64,000 nucleotides of DNA. It comes from a virus. Lineage: Duplodnaviria > Caudoviricetes. The notes below the pieces were generated by a model. The model did not search any database. It was not told the origin of the DNA and worked only from the letters and a program-made list of their open reading frames with translations. The position numbers and the translations under genes are program-made. The DNA lies in the IMG/VR virus record IMGVR_UViG_3300010365_001248, positions 99,913-163,912 of that record; one strand, given 5' to 3'. Positions 13,501 to 27,450 of the stretch are shown piece by piece (positions within the stretch are counted from its first letter, which is position 1; each line of letters begins with the position of its first letter).

Positions 13501-16500
13501 AATAAGCACCAAAACTTCCTCTAATAATTTCAGAATTTATCTTTTTATTATCTTTAGTAACTTGTGTTTCTCCATTAGAAACAACATCACTATCATCATC
13601 ATTATCATAGTCAGTTTGATCTTCAGCTGCTTTATAATCCTAACCAAGTTCTTCTATTCTAAAAGCTTCTTCAGCATATCCTGCTCTACTTCTAAATTTA
13701 ACTCCATCAATACTAACTAAAGGAACATCATCAGGAACTCCAATGATTTTAGCAGTAACATCAGAATTCATTCTATGAGTAGCAATTTCTCCTCTAAGAT
13801 TAGGATTATTATCTAATAATAAATTAAATAATTTAGGATAATCTTCATATTTAGTTAGATAGAAATAATTAGGTTCTTCTAATCCTCCATTAGTAAAATA
13901 GTTTGTTCTTTTAGTAGAAAGAATATTTAAACTTTGAGTATTAGTGAGTTTAATTAAATGATCATTTCCTGTAAAAATACTATTATAAAATGCCTAATCT
14001 GTTTCATAATCTGGACATATAATAGCATTAGTACGACTTAAATCAGGATTTTTAAGTATAGCTCTTTCTTTAAAATCATGAGTTAATAATCTACTAGAAG
14101 CTAATTCTTTAATATCATGATATTTAGAACTATATTCTGGAAATCTATCTTTAATATTTCTACCATCAATAGATTCACCTGGATTTAAACTAATTACATT
14201 TTCTTTTTTCAGTCGGTCATGACCTTTACCGTGATTAATAGCCTGAGCTATAGCAGCAGCTCCAGTACCTACAGCAGCAATTCCAATAGCTACTGCAGCT
14301 GTAACACCAGCAGCTGTTAAACCTGCTCCTAATGTACTTAAAATTCCCATTAAACCTGCAGCGGCACCTACTGTTGCAGTTCCTCCAGTAACAATACCGG
14401 CAGCAACACCTAATACAGCAACAGCTACAGCACAAGAAATTAAAGCTATTTTCTTGAATAAACCTCTACCATTAACTTTAATAGTATATTGGTATCTAGA
14501 TAAAAATCCTTCAGAAATATCTACTACATCACTAATATCTTTTATAATAGTATGACTTGTTCTTAATGAATCTTTAATCTGATCAATAAAACCCCCACAA
14601 GTAGGAATAACAGGAGTATGAGCTTCCAAATCAGTATTAATAGTAACACCTTGAGCTAGAATAGTAGGTATTCTTTTTTGTCTAACAAAAAAGTAGCCTT
14701 TTACTAATTTCTTTAATTCATTAATAGTTTCTTCATCAGTTTCTACTTTTAAAGCAAATATAGTATTTGTGTCTTTGGTATCATCATTATACTCAAATCG
14801 AATAACTCCTTTAGAATTTTCTAAAGGAATTGTTTCTAAAATAGATGCGTCGTTTTCATCTTTATCAGGAATCAATAAATTAGTTTCTTCATCAATAGTA
14901 ATATAATGTCTAGAACCATCTTTATTATACATATCATAATGTGAATATGTACATATATCAGAAATATTATCTCTTCCTCGTATATTAAAAACTGGAGATA
15001 ATTCTCCATTTTTCATTATATAAACAATTCCTAACCTATATATTTGATCAGGAAAATAGCCCACAGAGTAATAAATATTTTTATCGTCATAGTATCCTTT
15101 ATTTTTAGACGTTATAACATAGTGTTCATCTATATTGTGATCATAATTTTCATATTCTACTTTAGGTAAAAATCGTAAAGATAAATCAGCTAAATCTTTA
15201 TAAGGAATTTCTTCTTTCTATACATTTCCTAAGAAAAGCATATTTTGAGCTACTGTACCTGTTTTAGCATTATTAATAATATTATAAAATAAATTAATAT
15301 CTTGTAAGGTACGTGGTAGAACTTCTTCAAAACCAGTAATAGTTATATTACAAATTCCTTTATTATTTATAATAAATTTTTTATCAATTTCTCCATAAGA
15401 AATAGCTGCATTCATATTTAACTAAGAAGAAGCTTTAGAAAAATAAACTTTAACATAACTATAAGCTTGATCTACATTAGTTAAACGGAATTTAATTAAT
15501 TTATAAGAATTTTGATTTTCACTACCAGTAGTAGCTTTAGTATCAAATCCTACAAATATACTAACTAAACCAGATTCTGCACAAAAATCAGTTTCATTAC
15601 CATCAGCATCTGTAAGTTTAAAATAAAAATGATAATTACCTACTTGTAAATTACCTCCAGCTAAACTACCTAAATATTCTACTTTAGGGATATTTATAAT
15701 AGATTTATATAAATTAGTATCAATTTCAAATTGATCTCCCTAATCATATATATTAGTATCAGCATCTCCTTTTCTATCTACTATTTCATAGGTATTTTTA
15801 CCTGTAGCACTAAAACGTGAATTAATTAATTTTGGAATTTGTTTACCATCAGTTAAAATTAAATTAACTGAGCCATCATAACTATATTGAGGAATCATAG
15901 TTACTGGATGTTTTAAATCAAACTATAATTCATCTGTTATAAAATCAACTAATTCTCCAGGCTATCTTGAAATAATAGTAGTATCTGAGGCATTTTCCCA
16001 ACCATTCTAAGCATTAACTGTTTCATAAGCTAAATTCTAAAATTTAATACGTAAATGAATAGGGATTAAATTATTTGTAAAATCTAAGAAATTATTAATT
16101 TCAGCTAAACCTATATAGACATAGTAATAATCTCCTACTGAATATTTATAAGTATTAGGATCATAAGTAACATCAGCTGAATTAATAGAATAAAAAGTAG
16201 CTAAAGTAGATTTTATATCATTTATAGTAGCTTCTGAAGTTGCTTCTCTAATAGGATTTAAATATACTATATCTATAGTTTCATAATAATCTTGTCCATC
16301 TTTTTCGTATTTCTTCTATTTTAAAAATAAAGCTGTATTTTCTTTAGAATAATATTTAGGAAAAATATTAAATAATTTTTTTAATTCTTCTATTGAATAT
16401 AAAGATCTATTATATTCAAACATTGCTTTTGTTAATCTATAATTACGAAAAGCATTATATTCATATACTAATTTACCTTTTTGAGGCAATAAATGATATA

Positions 16501-16549
16501 GAACATTTACTCCTATAGGTTGATTAAATAGTGTTATATAATTTTCCAT
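10514..16549 (-). CDS. Tail muzzle/stabilisation-type protein, ~2011 aa (TAG=Gln)
   Basis: Seven ORF fragments (starts 16549, 15415, 15064, 13420, 12592, 11674, 10939) share one frame; motifs YRLGIVY, YGSQWQDS, FYSWVPSF, RDRFIKIKIRYTG. Confidence 0.8.
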
Positions 16550-19500
16550 TATTCCATTCTTTTATAAGGTATAGATAAAGTTCCTGCCATTGAATTACCA
16601 AAAATAGGAGAATCAAATAAATGCCATGCATTATCATGTTTATAATCTTTAGGTAGTTCATTTCTAACATAATAAGCAACAGTATTAAGGCTAGTTTCCC
16701 AATTCCAATTATCATAATTAGAAATAATATCAAATAATTTAATTCCTCCACTATCACAATCAGAATTTTCAATAAAATATTTAGTATCTAATCCTGCTAA
16801 TTTATAATAAACTAAAGAATTTGTTATAGGGTAACATTTATTATCATCTGGATCTTTATAATATTCCTAATCTGAAATAAATCTTTCTATATAAGGTAAT
16901 TTAATTTTTAGATTTTGTACTGTTTGGGCATTTCCATTATATTTAAATTGCACACAAGGTTTAGTTAAATCTTTATGTAATATATTAGATATTTCAGAAA
17001 TCCATAATTTAGAATTTAATAACCCTATATAAATATCTGGTTCAGTTTTCTAATTAATCTAAATAATTAAATCTTGTAAATTTTGAATAAATCCAGTATT
17101 CTATAAAATTTGTGTAATAACATCAACTTCAGATTCTAAAGATGTTTTTTGTTTATTAATACCATAAATAACTGCATTATAACTTAAATATTGATATTTT
17201 GCTACATCTTCAGCAGTTATTTTAAATATATAATAATTATTTTCATATTTATAAAATCTTAAATTTTGTTTTGGAGAATTAATTATACTAGGATTACTAT
17301 CTAAATGTGCCCAAGAAGTACCTCTATCCCTTCTATCTTCATTTCTAGCATATCGATGAAAACACAAAGGATTACCTCTACCAGTATCACTATTTTTAGC
17401 ATCCCAAGAATGAGGAGGATTCTAAAATTCAGCAAACCAATCATTACCTATATACTGATCCATATGATTTCCAATTACACTATAAAATGTTAATATACCT
17501 AACTAATTACTTTCTAAATTTAGTAAAGACATATTTAAAGGAGTTCCTCCATGTCTAAACCACGAACCAACAAAAGTAGAACTCTCATTTAAACCTCTAG
17601 GATTTATATAAACTGCAGACTATTGTCCACCATTAATTTCAGCTATTTTATTTTGTCCTATTCTATCTAAATAAAGATCTGTTTTTAATCTAGTTTGAAT
17701 CGTTCCATCTAAAGTACGCATATCATTTTCTGAATCAGTTGCCCAAATAATAGTTTTTATAGGGTCTTCTGTATTCCATATAAAACAAGCATTACAAACA
17801 TGCTTTTCTTTCCAAGGTTTTTTATCTACTAAATAAACAGATTTAGTTTGTTTTTCAGGAATAGAATCATATTCAAATACTCTCTTTAAATCTTCTTTTA
17901 ATTTTAACTTTAACTCACTAGTAGATTTATTAGTTAATTGTGAATTATTTATTTTTTGTCCAGTAAACTAAACAGTATCTTGATAATTACCAAAAGATGG
18001 ATAATAATTAATAATTTCAGAATTAGTATTAAAATCCTCAGTATAAATATCCCAATTTACATAAGATTCTTCATCTTTATCGGTATCATCTATATTTAAT
18101 ATAGCTAGATCTCTATTCCATTCTTGAATATTTTCATTTACTCCAAATGATATAGAATCAATAAAAGAAGCTACATTAGAAGTATTAAAAAATAAAGTTT
18201 TATAATTATTAACTAAATCAGGTAATATAGTGACTGTAAATGGATTATTTTCAGTATTTTCTGTATAAATAGTTGTTTTTTCGTCAATTACCTAGGTTTT
18301 AGTTTCTGGAGCTGTACCTTGTATATAAGCATTAACTGATAAGTCTAAATCAAAATCAATATCATTGTAATTTAATATATTATTATCAAAATAATAAGTA
18401 TTAAATTTATTATTAGTCCAATACCAATAACCCTCATCAGCTGTAATATAATTACCAGGTTGTTCTTCTTCATCCCAAGATACTGTCACATAATATAAAT
18501 AATAAGGGTGTAATCCTTCAGGTTCAGATTGATCATGATAAGCATATTGAGTAATTCCTGCCAAATTACCTAAATCATCAATATAATTAGTTAGAGGAAT
18601 ATTTACATTTTTATTAGGTAAAAAAGTAATACCTGTAGTTTCTGAAAGATCTAATCGAGTAGCTGAAAATTTATTTGGATGATTAGGATTTGCTTGCATT
18701 CCCTCATGTAAAGATCCATCTAAAGGAACTATTACTTGAAAGGTCCCATTATAAGAAATCATTTTAGGTAAAGTATAAGTACAAACTTCTCCGTATAAAT
18801 CATAAAAAGTTAATTTAATAGTATTTAAAGTATGCCCTACACTATTATAAGAAGTCATATTTATATTTAAAGTAGATTGATATTCAGTATTATAATATTT
18901 AAAAGAATTAATTTCTTGTTTATAAATACCTATCTACATTAAATCAATTTCTCCTTCTACAGCTAAATTATCTAAAATACCATAAGGCATAATAGGAGCT
19001 ATTTTATAGTGCCATACTAAACCTGATAAACATTGATATTTATCTTGATTTTTTAATGGAATTTCAAAAGGATCTGTATTTTTTAATATAGGTAATTTAA
19101 ATAGCTAAACTAATAACTAATCAGTAAGTTGACTAGTATTCTTATTATCATCCCTACCAGGATCTACTATATAAGGCAATTTTTTAATTTTTAATAAAGT
19201 ATCTACTTCATTTGCTTTATAATCAGAATATTGAAAAGAATATTCTTGTTCACTATATTTTTTAGTACGCTAATTAAAATAAGATTTATAAGTAAATTGT
19301 TTACTCAATAAATTTTTAATGGTATTTTGATTTTCTGGAAATAGTGGTACTATCTAATCCTAACCCTAATTATCTTCTTTTAATATAACTACATTAAATT
19401 GATTGTAAACATCTAAAGCATATTTATCTAAATATTGTGAATAAACTCCTTTAAACGTTTCTGGGTGATAATTTAACGAAAAAGAATAAAAAGGATCAGT

Positions 19501-19740
19501 TGAATATTCATATACTTTTTGAATAGTTTTCATAAATGAAGGAATTGTCCAAGAATCTTCCATATAATTTTCTGTATTAACTTCTGTAAATTTCACAGTA
19601 TAAGTATTTCTATCAGCAATATCTTCTCCATTTAGTTTTGTATCTAATAAAACCCAACCTATAGGGTTAATATTAATATTTTCAGATTCCCATAAAAAAC
19701 TTAAATTTAGCTATATTTGTCTTTTTAAAGTAGTTGCCAT
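16549..19740 (-). CDS. Large tail structural protein, ~1063 aa (TAG=Gln)
   Basis: ATG 19740 in frame with fragments starting 19596, 18858, 17367; TAATG overlap with next gene. Confidence 0.7.
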
Positions 19741-21185
19741 GAGAATGTATTTGAATTAACTAAAATCTATGTAATAGGTACTTCTAATGTAACAGATTCT
19801 GTAGTTCCTATTACTTCTTCATTATTATTTAATACATTTATAGAAGGAATGGTTAAAGAAAATGAAACTGATGATACAGGAATATCAGGGTTTGCACATA
19901 AAATAATTGAATTTTTAGGTAACAATTTTTTTAAGTGAAAACAATCATTATCATAATAAATTTCTTTGTACTAATCGGATGCTAATATATTTAAAATTTC
20001 TTCAGGAGTAGTATCTTCTATTTGTTGTACTAAAGTTCCATTTAAAACACAATTATTTAAATTAATATTTCCTTCCCAATTTACATCTGATAAATTTAAA
20101 GTAGTATTATTAATAATTCCTTCAGCATTAAATATTTTTAAATTTAAAGGAATTGTACATTCATTATCTGCATAATATTGTACTTCTAAAGGTTCAATTG
20201 TAAAGTATGGTAAATTTAAAGTACTTTCTGTAATTACACAATTTTGTAATATTTCAGAATTAAAAGATAAATTATTAGACGTATTTTTTTGTTTAATACA
20301 TATAGCAGATTTAAAAATATCTCCTTCATCTTCATAGTATACTATCTAATATTGATATTGTATATCATTATTATTTAAAGATATAATATCATTATTAATA
20401 TTTGTAATTTTACCATATATATTTAATCCAAAAATATCTGTATCAGATAAAGTATCTCCTATAGTTAAATCTTCTAATAAATTTTTACTTTCTACAGATT
20501 TTGCTTCTATTTCAAGATATTTTACATTTAAAGTATTTACTTGAATATTATCTGAATATAAAGTCTAAGTAGAAAGAGGAGCATCTATTTTTATAGTCTA
20601 ATTACTATTTATTGTATTTACAGTTAAAGTATCAAATTCAGCATTACTTTGAACAGGATTGTTCTAAATTATAGGAGTTAATAGTTGGTTTTTATATATA
20701 TAGGGGGTAGAATCTTCTAAAATATATACTAATCCCTCAGTTAATTTAGAAGCTAATACTGCCTATTTAGTTTCAAAAATTAATCCTATATTTTTTAATA
20801 CTCTACTAAACTATTCCTCATTTAATTGTTGTTCTTCCATAAAAGAAATAAATGAAGAAAGATCTTGATTAATATTTATATGTTTACTAGAATTTCCTAT
20901 AAATATTTGATTATCCTCAGTTATATAAATACCATTAGCAGAACCTATTTTAGATTCATCTTGAATATATTTTAAATCAATACTAGATTCTGTATTAATT
21001 TTACCATTCTTTAATAAATCTATAAATTTACCTCCCCATTGAATTTTAATATCTCCTTTTGTACGAAGAATTAAATTAGAATCAGAAGTACCTAATTCCG
21101 AATAAGATTTACCAAATTGTGTTTTTTTAGAAGTAATAGATTTATCTATTAAATCTTGAATTTCATTTTCTAAATTTTTATCCAT
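19725..21185 (-). CDS. Conserved crAss-like tail-region protein, ~486 aa (TAG=Gln)
   Basis: FGKSYSELGTSDSNLILRTKGDIKIQWGGKFIDL N-terminus; 1461 nt to TAA. Confidence 0.7.
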
Positions 21186-22014
21186 TATTATTTACTTCAA
21201 TACCAGATACTGTACAAGTAAAACTTGTGGGCATTTCTAACTTTATTTGTAAAGCTAATTTACCTGGATATTTACTATTAAATACAGCATAACCATCTGA
21301 TAATAAATTTCTATAAGCATCTAAATTTGGCTATTGAGCACTAGAAGTTTTATTCTGAGCTAAATAATAATCAGGTGGATTAAACCATTTTACAGTGCCT
21401 CCTAAATCAACTATTTTAGAATTATCATCTATACAAATAATAGAAATTCTAATTAGTTTAGGAAATTTATTAATTTCATGAGCATCATTATAAAGATCAG
21501 TTAAATAGGTAATTTTTTCAGTATCATTAGGTGAAAAAACTTGTGTAACATCTTTATCTAAAGAAATTAAATATTGATCTCCTGGATTTAATTTAGATAA
21601 TCCAATCATATAAGTTTGCTCAGTATTTAATAATTTACCTGTAGCTTGATTATTAATTATTTCCTAAAAAGTATTACTTATAGATACATCTGGTTGATCT
21701 AATTCATCTGTAGAAATATTTCTTTCAGGAGAAGGAAAACAACCTATCTAACATTTATTTTCTAAAGGATTATAAGAAGTTATATATATAATATCTCCAA
21801 ATTCACAAACTCCTACTGGAATGAAACCTGTAGGTAAAAAGGCTGTTTCTACTCTACCATTACCAAAATCATTTTGTAAAGCAGATTCATTACCATTTTT
21901 AGTAATTAATGTAGCATTTAAAGCGGACACTAACACATCATTTGGAGTCTGTAAGGGATTTAAGTCCATCACTAATCCTTTCTAAAAGTGATTGCTTGCT
22001 ATCTGTTGAGACAT
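21178..22014 (-). CDS. Tail stabilisation/hub protein N-terminal-type domain (TAG=Gln)
   Basis: F(Q)KGLVMDLNP...LNATLIT...QNDFGNGRVET...SYNP...IGCFPSP; joins ORFs 21748-21972 and 21331-21609. Confidence 0.75.
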
Positions 22015-22582
22015 GTTTTTTACATTTTAATAATTCGTATCTTCTATTAGATACCATTAAATCTTTAAAAGGAGTTTTAGGTTTAAATTTAATTAATTGA
22101 GGTTTAAAAACAACCATCTTTTTTCTATGAATACAAAAACCTAAATCTGTATCCCATTTTACTTTATAAAGATAAGCTTCTTGTAAATTCATAGTTTCAA
22201 TAAAATCTAAACTTTTACATAATATTATATCATGTAATATATAACCTCCTCCAGTTCTTGGATATTTATAAATATAATCATTTAAAGCAAAATAATAATA
22301 ATTATCCCAAACTATTCTTTTCTTTTTATATAATAATTTTAAACTTTTTTGTAATCTCTATAAATAATTATATTTAAAAAATTTTTCTGTATTTAAATTA
22401 GTACCAATATTTACTGAAAATTGATTGTTAACACGGGTATAAATTTTACAATTATTTCTAGAAAAATCTAGAATATTAGTAAACATTGATAATAATAATC
22501 TTTTTATTTCTTTCTCAGAATACTATGGAAAATGCTGTTTTAACTAAGGAATATAATCATAAATAGTTTTAATTTTAATCAT
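21938..22582 (-). CDS. Basic protein, putative IHF/HU-like (TAG=Gln)
   Basis: ATG 22582 in frame with 21938-22192; position matches the IHF-like pair of crAss-like tail modules. Confidence 0.5.
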
Positions 22583-22995
22583 TTAACTAAAGATTTATCA
22601 TATGTTGTTTTAATTAATTTATCCAATAAAGTTCCTGATACTCTAAAATGAATTTCTTTATAAGAATTATTTTTTTCTGTTATAAATTTTAATTCATAAG
22701 CTGTAAAATTTGTTAAAAACCAATCTACCCAATTAAACCCTCCTTTTTTATAAATTTGTTTAAAATCCTCTCCTTCAATCGGATTTAAAAATATAGAAGC
22801 TTTATATCCTCCTGTAGTAGGTAGATTAAAGTGTGTATCATTTTCAATAATATCGGATAAGATTATTTCAAATGCTTTATTTACAAATTCTCTTTTTTCT
22901 TTTTTATTTAACTTTTGACCTTTATAAGTTAAAAGTAAATCAGAAGCACTAATTTGAGAACCATATAATTTTGTATACATTATTAAATTAAACAA
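22579..22995 (-). CDS. Putative IHF/HU-like protein
   Basis: Intact ORF (start may be ATG 22980); IILSDIIENDTHFNLP motif; synteny. Confidence 0.5.
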   Translation of the reverse strand: MFNLIMYTKLYGSQISASDLLLTYKGQKLNKKEKREFVNKAFEIILSDIIENDTHFNLPTTGGYKASIFLNPIEGEDFKQIYKKGGFNWVDWFLTNFTAYELKFITEKNNSYKEIHFRVSGTLLDKLIKTTYDKSLVK

Positions 22996-23022
22996 AAAAA
23001 AGGAGTCTTGAAAAAGACTCCT
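22994..23022 (-). terminator. Intrinsic terminator
   Basis: AGGAGTCTT-TTTC-AAGACTCCT followed by U-tract. Confidence 0.85.
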
Positions 23023-23025
23023 ATG

Positions 23026-23712
23026 TTATAAAGTAGGTTTAAAACTTTTATGGTATAATTTATTTGGCATTCTAGATAGTGCATCTAAAATTTCATCCAT
23101 ATTATTTTGATTAACATATTCAGGCTATCTAGCTTGAGTACACTAATCTAACCAATCATTTTTTAAAACCTAACAAATCTATCCTGCTTCTTTAGTTTTA
23201 TTCTACATATATTCTTTCCATTTACATGTATAAGCTATATAAGTAGCAATAGCCTATGCTTCTTGATCAGTTATTTCTGGTAAACCTTCTTCATCTAAAA
23301 GTTCTCCATAAAAAAGAATATTAATATGAGAAAAACAAGGATTTACATATAAACACTATTTTTCTTGTCTATAATGTATAAATCTTCCAGGAATATAGGT
23401 TTGATCAGTTTCTTTTTTTCTGCTTTCAATATAATTTTCTGTAATACCTGAAAAAGTATCTTCAAATAAATGAATATTATCAGATATATTATAATCTTCT
23501 CCATTCACTGTAACTGCTTCTATTATATCACAATTACAAGGTAAATTTACTACACCGTGATGAACAGGTAAGACTGCTTTATATAACCTAGTTCTCTTGT
23601 TTCCAATTTTACCGAAAGCAATTAGTCCAATTTCAATTAAAGTATCTTCATCATTACTTTTAATACCAAATAAAGTAGAAACTAATGATAAAGCATATTT
23701 AAAATTATTCAT
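23026..23712 (-). CDS. Tail ring/tubular protein (TAG=Gln)
   Basis: LPCNCDIIEAVT...LDEEGLPEI motifs; 687 nt after read-through. Confidence 0.7.
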
Positions 23713-24440
23713 TAATTACCAGTATTAAACTCTTGATTGTTTGGCTCATTAGCAGGAGCTAATTGTCTATAATATTTGAGTTTTTCTTCTACAAGAGTAT
23801 TTTTTATTTCAATATCTATAAAGCTTAAAATATCTGTACCTTTAGATTTCTATTCAATTTCATTAATATTAACAGGTCCATCAAAAGTTTTAACACAACA
23901 ATTTTCAATTTCATCTACTTGTCTAGGATCTTTAAAAGCAGCGACAATTGAAACTTTTTGTAAAAATGGAGCATTAAAAACAAAACAATCTAAAAAACCT
24001 TTTTCATTAGGAGTAGTATCAATCCAAACAAAAGGTTTATTTTTGCCTCGCTTTCTATATTTTAAAGTATTATATTCAATTAAAGAAGTTACTATAGTAA
24101 AAGGATAAATTCTATCTGTAGAACCTATATAATTAATAGCTAAATCTCCTAAATCCCAAATAATTTGAGGAATCTAAAAATGTATTATTTTATCTTCACA
24201 AATATTATCACATTTACAACGATCTAAAGCTTCGCAATCTGTATTAATACAATCTATAGAAAGTAAAATATCATTAATATCTAATATTCCTTCAAGAATA
24301 TATTTTTTAATAATACTTAATCGCATTGCTACTACTTCTTCTTCAATCTATCTTCTACTTAATGCTAAATTTTGATGATAACCTTTTAAACCAGAAACTA
24401 CATCATTTATAATGGCAGATGTTAATTTTTCTATTCGCAT
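23712..24440 (-). CDS. Tail ring protein (TAG=Gln), absent from ORF track
   Basis: MRIEKLTSAIINDVVSGL...YIGSTD...KPFVWID...AAFKDPRQ; 729 nt; TAATG overlap. Confidence 0.7.
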
Positions 24441-24835
24441 GATAATTCACGATTAGTACAATTATGCCTATAGCATATTAAGCATTTAATTTTTGTAAGT
24501 TCTTCTTTTACAGAAGCTATTTCTAAACATTTCTATTGATATTTTTCAAGCCACTTTGCATCTATCTCTTCTAACTCCTTTCTATTCTTCCTCAGCTATT
24601 CTCTAAAGTTGGCTTCAGATTCATAAAAATCCTTTATAGTTTGATCGCACATAGACTTTAAATAAGAACACTAATCTTTACCAAGATTAAATTCTTTTTC
24701 TTTATTATCAAGTAGGGCAGAATGTGCTTCAGCGGCAGCTTTCTTTTTCTAACTTTTTAAAGTGAGTAAATAGTGCACTAAACTTCCTCCTATTGCTGAA
24801 AAAAAGTATGGTAAAATCGCTAATATAAAATCCAT
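24422..24835 (-). CDS. Holin-like membrane protein (N-terminal TM helix, coiled coil, C-terminal Cys cluster); 5 TAG codons
   Basis: MDFILAILPYFFSAIGGSLVHYLLTLKS...CLICYRHNC; 414 nt. Confidence 0.55.
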
Positions 24836-24846
24836 TTGTATATACT

Positions 24847-24879
24847 AAAAAACGTAGAGAGATAACTCTCCCTACGTTT
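24847..24879 (-). terminator. Intrinsic terminator
   Basis: ACGTAGGGAG...CTCTCTACGT hairpin plus U-tract. Confidence 0.85.
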
Positions 24880-24899
24880 ATATTAAAAATATCTTTAAA

Positions 24900-26039
24900 T
24901 TAAAAAAATCCTTTATAATCAGTTTCTTTTGCACCAGAAGCTGCTGCTTTTTCTGTAACTAGAGCATTAGTATCTCCATTAGCTTTTGCAAATGGATTAG
25001 GTGTTGCTTCAGCTGCAGTAGCTAGTTCTGCTAAAATAGCATCAAAATCAGTTAAAACTGAAGCATTTTCATTAACCCAGAAAATATGGTTAGTTTCAGA
25101 TAGCATTTTTTCACCAACTGCCATTACACCACCATTATTAGAAGGTGCCTAAACAGTAATAATATACTGAGTGTAAGTTGCACCTGGAATAGGTTGCTGC
25201 CATTTTGTTGAAGAACCCCATTTAAGATTCTCAATAGTAGGAAGACGAAGATCCTGCTGAAGTTGATCAGCTGTACCAAAGGCATTTTTACCTACTGAAA
25301 GACAAGAAATAACTCCTAGTTTATCAACTGGACATCCATTAGGCTTAGAAGGATCACCCTTATCTGCTTTTAGAACACCTACAGGAATTGAATAATCATC
25401 CCAAGGTCCAAATTCAGCAACTTTAACTAAAGCAAATCTTTGCCAAGTTTCTTTTGCTGTAAGAGTTAATACAGCACCATTTACACTATAATCTAGCTGA
25501 TCTGTATCAAGTTGGAAAATCTTGTTATTTGCAATTAGATCATAAACTTTCTGAGCTACATCAGCAGCTGATTCTCCTTTTACATATGTAAACTCAAGAC
25601 CAAAAGGTAGACCCTTTACATAAAAATCATTTGAGTAATAGAAAGGATTGGCTCCATCTACAGAAAGATATACAAATAATTTATACATCTTAACAGGAGA
25701 AGTTATATTAAGATCTATAAACTTGAGAAAATCAATTTCAATCTTTGCTAAATCTCCAGCAATTGAAGGTGCTTTAAACATTCTAGTTACTTTACCATAA
25801 CGATTATCCCACATTGAATTAAAATTCATTACGTGAGCTACTTGAACAGTAATATTCTGACCATCTGGATCATTTTTTACTGCTCTAATAATAGATTTCT
25901 TTCCTGAACCTGATAAAGAAGAAGGGAAATTAATTACTTCTGCAGGAACATGTCCTTTTACAAGTTCTGAAAAACCATTTTTATCTTCAAGACTGTTAAT
26001 AACAGTCGTTGTATTCCAATTAAGACCTGATAATGCCAT
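24900..26039 (-). CDS. Auxiliary capsid/structural protein, 379 aa (one TAG)
   Basis: Joins 25149-26039 and 24900-25124; TTTVINS start and DLRLPT...P.PGATYTQY...HIFWV motifs. Confidence 0.7.
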
Positions 26040-26059
26040 AATTAATAAAATTTAAATTG

Positions 26060-27448
26060 TTAAGATTCTTGATTAGTATTTCTTGCAATAGATTGATCTA
26101 CAGCAATTTTACTTTGAAGTCTCTAATCAGAGTTGTTTTCTAAAACTAGTCTGACTAATATATTGATAATCTCTTGAACTACGTAGTCAGGATATTCCAT
26201 TATTTGTGAAGTGTCTTGAGTTAACATCATTTGCTCATGAGTTAAATTAACTCTCTGAGGACTTTTTAAATAATCTGCTCTAACTTGTACAAGTTCAAAA
26301 ACATCATCTGAACCACATCTAATTTCCATATTAATTGTAGATGGGTTACTTAAACGTGAGGCAATCGGTCTTTCAACAAGAGATACATTAGTATCTTTCT
26401 TGCCATCTCCATCTAAATCCATCTTAAAAGTTCGTGGAAAATTTGAAGAACCCGAAGCAGAAGTTAAATCTGCTAGATTCTTAATAGTTTTATCCGCATC
26501 AGGATAAACCATTGTTGCTGCTCCAATAGCTTCTATAGTTTCTTCTAAAGGATCAATTTCAATAGCTTCTGCTGTAACTAATTGATTATTAAAATCATCC
26601 CAAGTTAAACTAGGATTAACTTTAATAAGTTTACCAGTTAAATCAGCATTAATATACTAACTAGCTGGAGTCTATTCTTTTGTAGAATCTACTATATAAA
26701 CTAATTTAGGATCTTCATTTATTTGAATGAAATATTTTCCTTTAGGTAATTCTACAGTACGAGATTCTTTATCTGTACTAGAAGAATTAATTAAAAGTGT
26801 TTTTGTAATTTTAACAACTTGGTATGAAAAACCATTTGATACTACAGTATAACGTTCAGGATTATGAGGTTTACCTACCATATCAGTTCCTTGTAAATTA
26901 CCATTATCATCAAGTGCAATAGGATTATAAGGAGCTGTATCTTGGTATAAATTTCTATTATGAATATAGAAATAAGGATAATAAGGAGATGGATAATTAA
27001 AAGCATCATCCATTACCATTCCCCAAGAATCTGCTGTTAGTCTTGTAGCTTTTCTACTCATTATAGAACCTGCTGGGTAACATTCCCAAGTTTTCTTTGT
27101 TTTAAAAACACAAATACAATTTAATAAATGCAAATAATCTATAGGTAATTGTACTTTATAAGTACAACCTTCTGCTGAAGATAAATCAATATAGTGTTCA
27201 CCTAGATCAGTATCTTGAAAATAATCTTCCTAATGTTTAATTTTTTCTGGTTTCATTTTAGCAGTACTTTTAAGTACTCTAATATCATCCGTAGTTTGCT
27301 GATTAGTTTCAAATACATTATATATTAAATTTATATATTGTGATATAGCTTTATTTGCAAAATAATTAAATTCAACAAGACCTAATTCTGGAGCTTTATG
27401 TTTATTTAGCTCAATTCTGACAGCTTGTAGTACTTGTTTAATTGTCAT
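26060..27448 (-). CDS. Head-tail connector ring protein, 462 aa (TAG=Gln)
   Basis: IELNK..AP...EFNYFANKAI...LPIDYLHLLNC...DYLKSP...EYPDYV; joins three ORF fragments. Confidence 0.75.
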
Positions 27449-27450
27449 AA

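Noticed and set aside
14235-14435. Cys-rich 66-aa ORF resembling a metallothionein
   Set aside because: Alternate-frame reading of GCT/GTT-rich codons in the hydrophobic segment of the muzzle gene.
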